A stretch of 64,000 bases of DNA. Origin: Desulfobacterales bacterium. GTDB lineage: Bacteria; Desulfobacterota; Desulfobacteria; Desulfobacterales; JAHDSC01. The stretch spans positions 105,023 through 169,022 of the forward strand of contig JAXGJZ010000004.1 of the NCBI GenBank assembly GCA_040769985.1, read 5' to 3'. This document shows, piece by piece, positions 60,969 through 64,000 of this stretch. The translations under genes and the position numbers were made by a program. The stretch's first letter is position 1, and the number at the start of each line of letters is the position of its first letter. The notes below the pieces were generated by a model. The model worked only from the letters and a program-made list of their open reading frames with translations, did not search any database and was not told where the DNA came from.

Positions 60969-62081
60969 TTAAAAAATCGACCAACGTCTGAGATTCATGG
61001 CCTTTTTCACCCGCTTCACCGCCATATCCAAAGCAGCATCCCGCGGAAGTGATTTATTTTTCTTTGCCTCCTCAAGCACCTGAGCGGTATTGTGAAGGAG
61101 CTTTTCTTCAATTGCCTGAAGTGCCGCCTTTTGGCCGCTTCCATGGTACTCCATCGAGGCGCAGATCACTCCGCCGGCATTGGCGATGAAATCTGGAATA
61201 CAGAGTATGCCCTTTTTATGAAGATATTTTTCAGCCCCATAGGTTAAGGGTATATTTGCGCCCTCAATCACCAACTTTGTTTTTAAACGATGGATATTAT
61301 CTTCATTCAGGACATCCGGACGTGCCGCGGGAATCCAGACATCACACTCGAGATCGATGATTGCATCCCTGTCAATCTTGCGTCCTTCGGGATGATCAAC
61401 AACACTCTTCCCGGCCTGCTTCAATTCGGCAAGTGCATTGATATCCAGACCCTCGGGATTTTCAATTGCACCATGGGAATCGGCCGCGCCCACCAAGATC
61501 CCCCCCTTTGAAACAAGAAAACGGGCGGCATGCAGACCTACTGCGCCTAAGCCTTGCACAACGATCCGGGAACCTTCCAATTCCAAATCGCAATACCGAA
61601 CCGCGGTTTCGGCAACGTGGCTGATTCCCCAGCCTGTCGCCCCGATCTCGTCAAGAGGAATACCACCGATTTCACGAGGAAGTCCGACTGCCCGGCCAAT
61701 CTCATCATGGACCCAGGCCATACATTGCTCGTCCGTTCCCATGTCCGGTCCGAAAATGTATTCCTGAACATTCCTTAAGGAGCAGGCAAGTGCACGAATC
61801 AGCTGTTCTTTTTCTTTCCGGGGCATCTTTGGATCTCCGTAAAGCACCACCTTGCCGCCGCCGTGCGGCAGGCCGGCGGCGGCATTCTTGAACGTCATGG
61901 CCCTCGCCAGCCGGAAACATTCTTCCGGGGTGACATCGCAGGCCATTCGAACTCCACCGATCGATGGTCCGGCGGCTACATTGTCCACAACCAGAATCGC
62001 TTTCAGGTTCACGGACGGCTCGTAAATATGGATAATTTTAGCCGGACCGAGATCATCCGCCAATTCATAGATATCTGTCAT
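60969..62081 (-). CDS. Glu/Leu/Phe/Val dehydrogenase family protein
   Basis: It has GPSIGGVRM, the catalytic-Lys region LPHGGGKVV, and a Rossmann motif GLGAVG. Confidence 0.9.
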   Translation of the reverse strand: MTDIYELADDLGPAKIIHIYEPSVNLKAILVVDNVAAGPSIGGVRMACDVTPEECFRLARAMTFKNAAAGLPHGGGKVVLYGDPKMPRKEKEQLIRALACSLRNVQEYIFGPDMGTDEQCMAWVHDEIGRAVGLPREIGGIPLDEIGATGWGISHVAETAVRYCDLELEGSRIVVQGLGAVGLHAARFLVSKGGILVGAADSHGAIENPEGLDINALAELKQAGKSVVDHPEGRKIDRDAIIDLECDVWIPAARPDVLNEDNIHRLKTKLVIEGANIPLTYGAEKYLHKKGILCIPDFIANAGGVICASMEYHGSGQKAALQAIEEKLLHNTAQVLEEAKKNKSLPRDAALDMAVKRVKKAMNLRRWSIF

Positions 62082-62280
62082 TGCCGATCCTTTTTCATTG
62101 TTCGGGTAACTGATTGTTTTTGTTCGGTATCGAACTAATGGTTTATAAAGAAACCCGTTTCCCGCGCCGGTCGCTGTCTTTCATCCCGCACCGTTTATCA
62201 ATATTTTTAAAAAATCTAACTTACGGCTGAAAAATATCAAACCGGATTGTGAAAAAGCAGCCTTAAAACCTTCACAAGAT

Positions 62281-62332
62281 TGAAGAACCCCGCAATAAGC
62301 TGCGGGGAATGCGCTCGCTGGTGCGGTTCAAA
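62281..62332. repeat. 52-nt intergenic repeat, copy B
   Basis: It is 45/52 identical to 45894-45945. It contains the hairpin ccccgca-ataagc-tgcgggg at 62288-62307. Confidence 0.7.
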
Positions 62333-62430
62333 CGGAGAGAATACCCCGTCATAAATCTCCATTCGCACTTCATCGCTATGGTTTTTCACCCCTTTCTGTC
62401 AAGTAATCGATCGGAGGTTTCCATTTGAAA

Positions 62431-64000
62431 TTATAAACGCGGAAAGCAGGAAATCGACCCGGTGCCCCGCACTTCAATTTTTTTCAATCCTTCGATAAAT
62501 TGATTCGTCGGCCGCCTGGAAACCTTATGTTCAAAAACGGTTTCATCCGGGCACACACCCCTGATTTTACCGTCATGAAGAAACCATCGTAGAAGTAAGG
62601 TTCCGATCTCTTGTTTATCGGTCAAACCCTTCATCAACGCCGGTTCAAACGGTGATGGAACGGGAATCGCTTTCCCCCGATCCAAAAGGAGTTTCATAAA
62701 ATTTAGAATTCTTCCCAGCCTCAGAATCGTCACGGCTTCCCGCCGACTGGTCGTATGAGAAACCGGAATCGCGCTGGATCGCATCAACGCAAAGTTTGCG
62801 GGGATAATACCGAGCTTTTCAGACAACTCAAAATCATCGCTGCCCGGGACAGGATAAAAAACAGACACTCCGGCAAGAATCCTTTTACCGGCAAGATACA
62901 ACAAATCGCAGACGCTGTCTTGCGCCCTCTGGCCCGGCGCGCCGGCAATCACATAGCCGACGGCATTCAGTCCGTTCTTTTCGGCGCAGATAACCGCACG
63001 CTCAAAAGCGTTCCTGACATCGGGTCTTCTAAATTTTCTGAGCTGATCTTCGCATATGGATCCAAGCGACAGGTTGAGGGTTTTAAATCCGGCTTCTTTC
63101 ATTGCCTGAATCACTTCTTCATCCAAAGAGGGCGGGAAAAGCCCGTTCATGGCTCTGAATTCAATCCCGGCCCCGCTAAACCGTTTTATAATTTCATTCA
63201 AAAATCTCATAAACCAATCTTTATCCAAAGACAGATTTTCATCCTCAAAATCGATAAAGCCCGCGTTATATCGATCGATGGCTTCCTCGATCTCCCGAAC
63301 AACCGCTTCGACACTTCTTCGCCGATAACGGATGAATGGTGATGATCCGATCGAACAATAGGTGCAGTTCAGGGGACACCCGCGGCTGGCAACGACAACC
63401 GCGCACGCCCTCGTACCCCTTTTGTAGAAGGACCGGTTCAAAAGCCGGACAGCCGGCAAGGGATAAGCATCCAAGTCATCGATGATAGCGGGCGCCCCGA
63501 TTTTATTGGTCCCGTCTTTGCTGCGGAATACGATGCCGGGGATTCCTTCCGGATCCTCCCCTTTTTTGATTACTTGAGCGAGCATCGGCATGGAGACTTC
63601 CCCTTCGCCCCGGAGAACGAAATCCACTGCTTTAGATTCCATAATCTTGTCCGGCATGGCGGTAGGATGATGGCCGCCGAGTACGACTTTGCAGTCCGGA
63701 TGAAATCTTTTGACAATTTCGGCAATTTTTATGGCCTCATTACTGTACGCTGTGAACAGGGAGGAGATTCCAACGATAAACGCACTGGTTTCTCTGATCT
63801 TTTTTCCGAGGTGCTCGAAGCTGTATCCATAGTGTTTGAAAGCATGAAAAAGAGCAAACGGGGAGCGGTCGGATTTTCCGTAGTACTCCGTGAGATACGA
63901 CATTTCCGGAGGCAAATCAAGAATCCGTGATCGGGAAGTTGCCAAGGAATCAAATATTTCCACGGAAAATCCCCCATCGATCAGTGAAGCGGCAATGCAG
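62431..64000 (-). CDS. B12-binding-domain radical SAM protein (5' end runs off the window)
   Basis: It has SRGCPLNCTYC (CxxxCxxC) and a cobalamin-binding-like N-terminal half. The frame stays open past the track's GTG at 63963 to the window edge (...CIAASLIDGGFSVEIFDS), so the gene is partial. Confidence 0.85.
   Translation of the reverse strand, partial: CIAASLIDGGFSVEIFDSLATSRSRILDLPPEMSYLTEYYGKSDRSPFALFHAFKHYGYSFEHLGKKIRETSAFIVGISSLFTAYSNEAIKIAEIVKRFHPDCKVVLGGHHPTAMPDKIMESKAVDFVLRGEGEVSMPMLAQVIKKGEDPEGIPGIVFRSKDGTNKIGAPAIIDDLDAYPLPAVRLLNRSFYKRGTRACAVVVASRGCPLNCTYCSIGSSPFIRYRRRSVEAVVREIEEAIDRYNAGFIDFEDENLSLDKDWFMRFLNEIIKRFSGAGIEFRAMNGLFPPSLDEEVIQAMKEAGFKTLNLSLGSICEDQLRKFRRPDVRNAFERAVICAEKNGLNAVGYVIAGAPGQRAQDSVCDLLYLAGKRILAGVSVFYPVPGSDDFELSEKLGIIPANFALMRSSAIPVSHTTSRREAVTILRLGRILNFMKLLLDRGKAIPVPSPFEPALMKGLTDKQEIGTLLLRWFLHDGKIRGVCPDETVFEHKVSRRPTNQFIEGLKKIEVRGTGSISCFPRL

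Overview
This 64 kb window looks like ordinary chromosomal DNA from a Desulfobacterota-type anaerobe. That assignment is an inference from gene content: the DVU0524-like/FlgM pair, a PxxKW Cys-rich protein, iorAB-paaK, a cobA/hemD fusion, selA and TRAP transporters. I support about 58 protein-coding genes, nearly all housekeeping. They cover argJ, truA, kdsD, pfkA, fba, lysC, pyrF, hemC, cobA/hemD, moaA, groES/groEL, the phoH-pgpH-ybeY-tsaE block, mazG/cvpA, selA and zupT. There is also an aromatic-acid module (TRAP dctPQM, paaK, iorAB), a two-subunit biotin carboxylase/carboxyltransferase pair, three radical SAM genes and three c-di-GMP-related proteins (two PilZ, one degenerate GGDEF-TPR). 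I found no rRNA, tRNA, CRISPR array, transposase, integrase or phage gene. I did not find a convincing new multi-gene system. The best leads are: (1) a repeated GC-hairpin intergenic element with two 52-nt copies (45/52 identical) and diverged relatives; (2) a perfect 17-bp hairpin upstream of iorA; (3) a carboxylase pair with no visible biotin carrier; (4) a DHDPS-fold protein that seems to lack the catalytic residues, sitting inside a kdsD-pfkA operon; (5) a gene-poor stretch at 52.4-54.2 kb with small hydrophobic ORFs on both strands. All protein calls rest on motifs I recognised in the supplied translations; no database search was run. Several starts were moved from the ORF-track start to sites with better ribosome-binding sequences.
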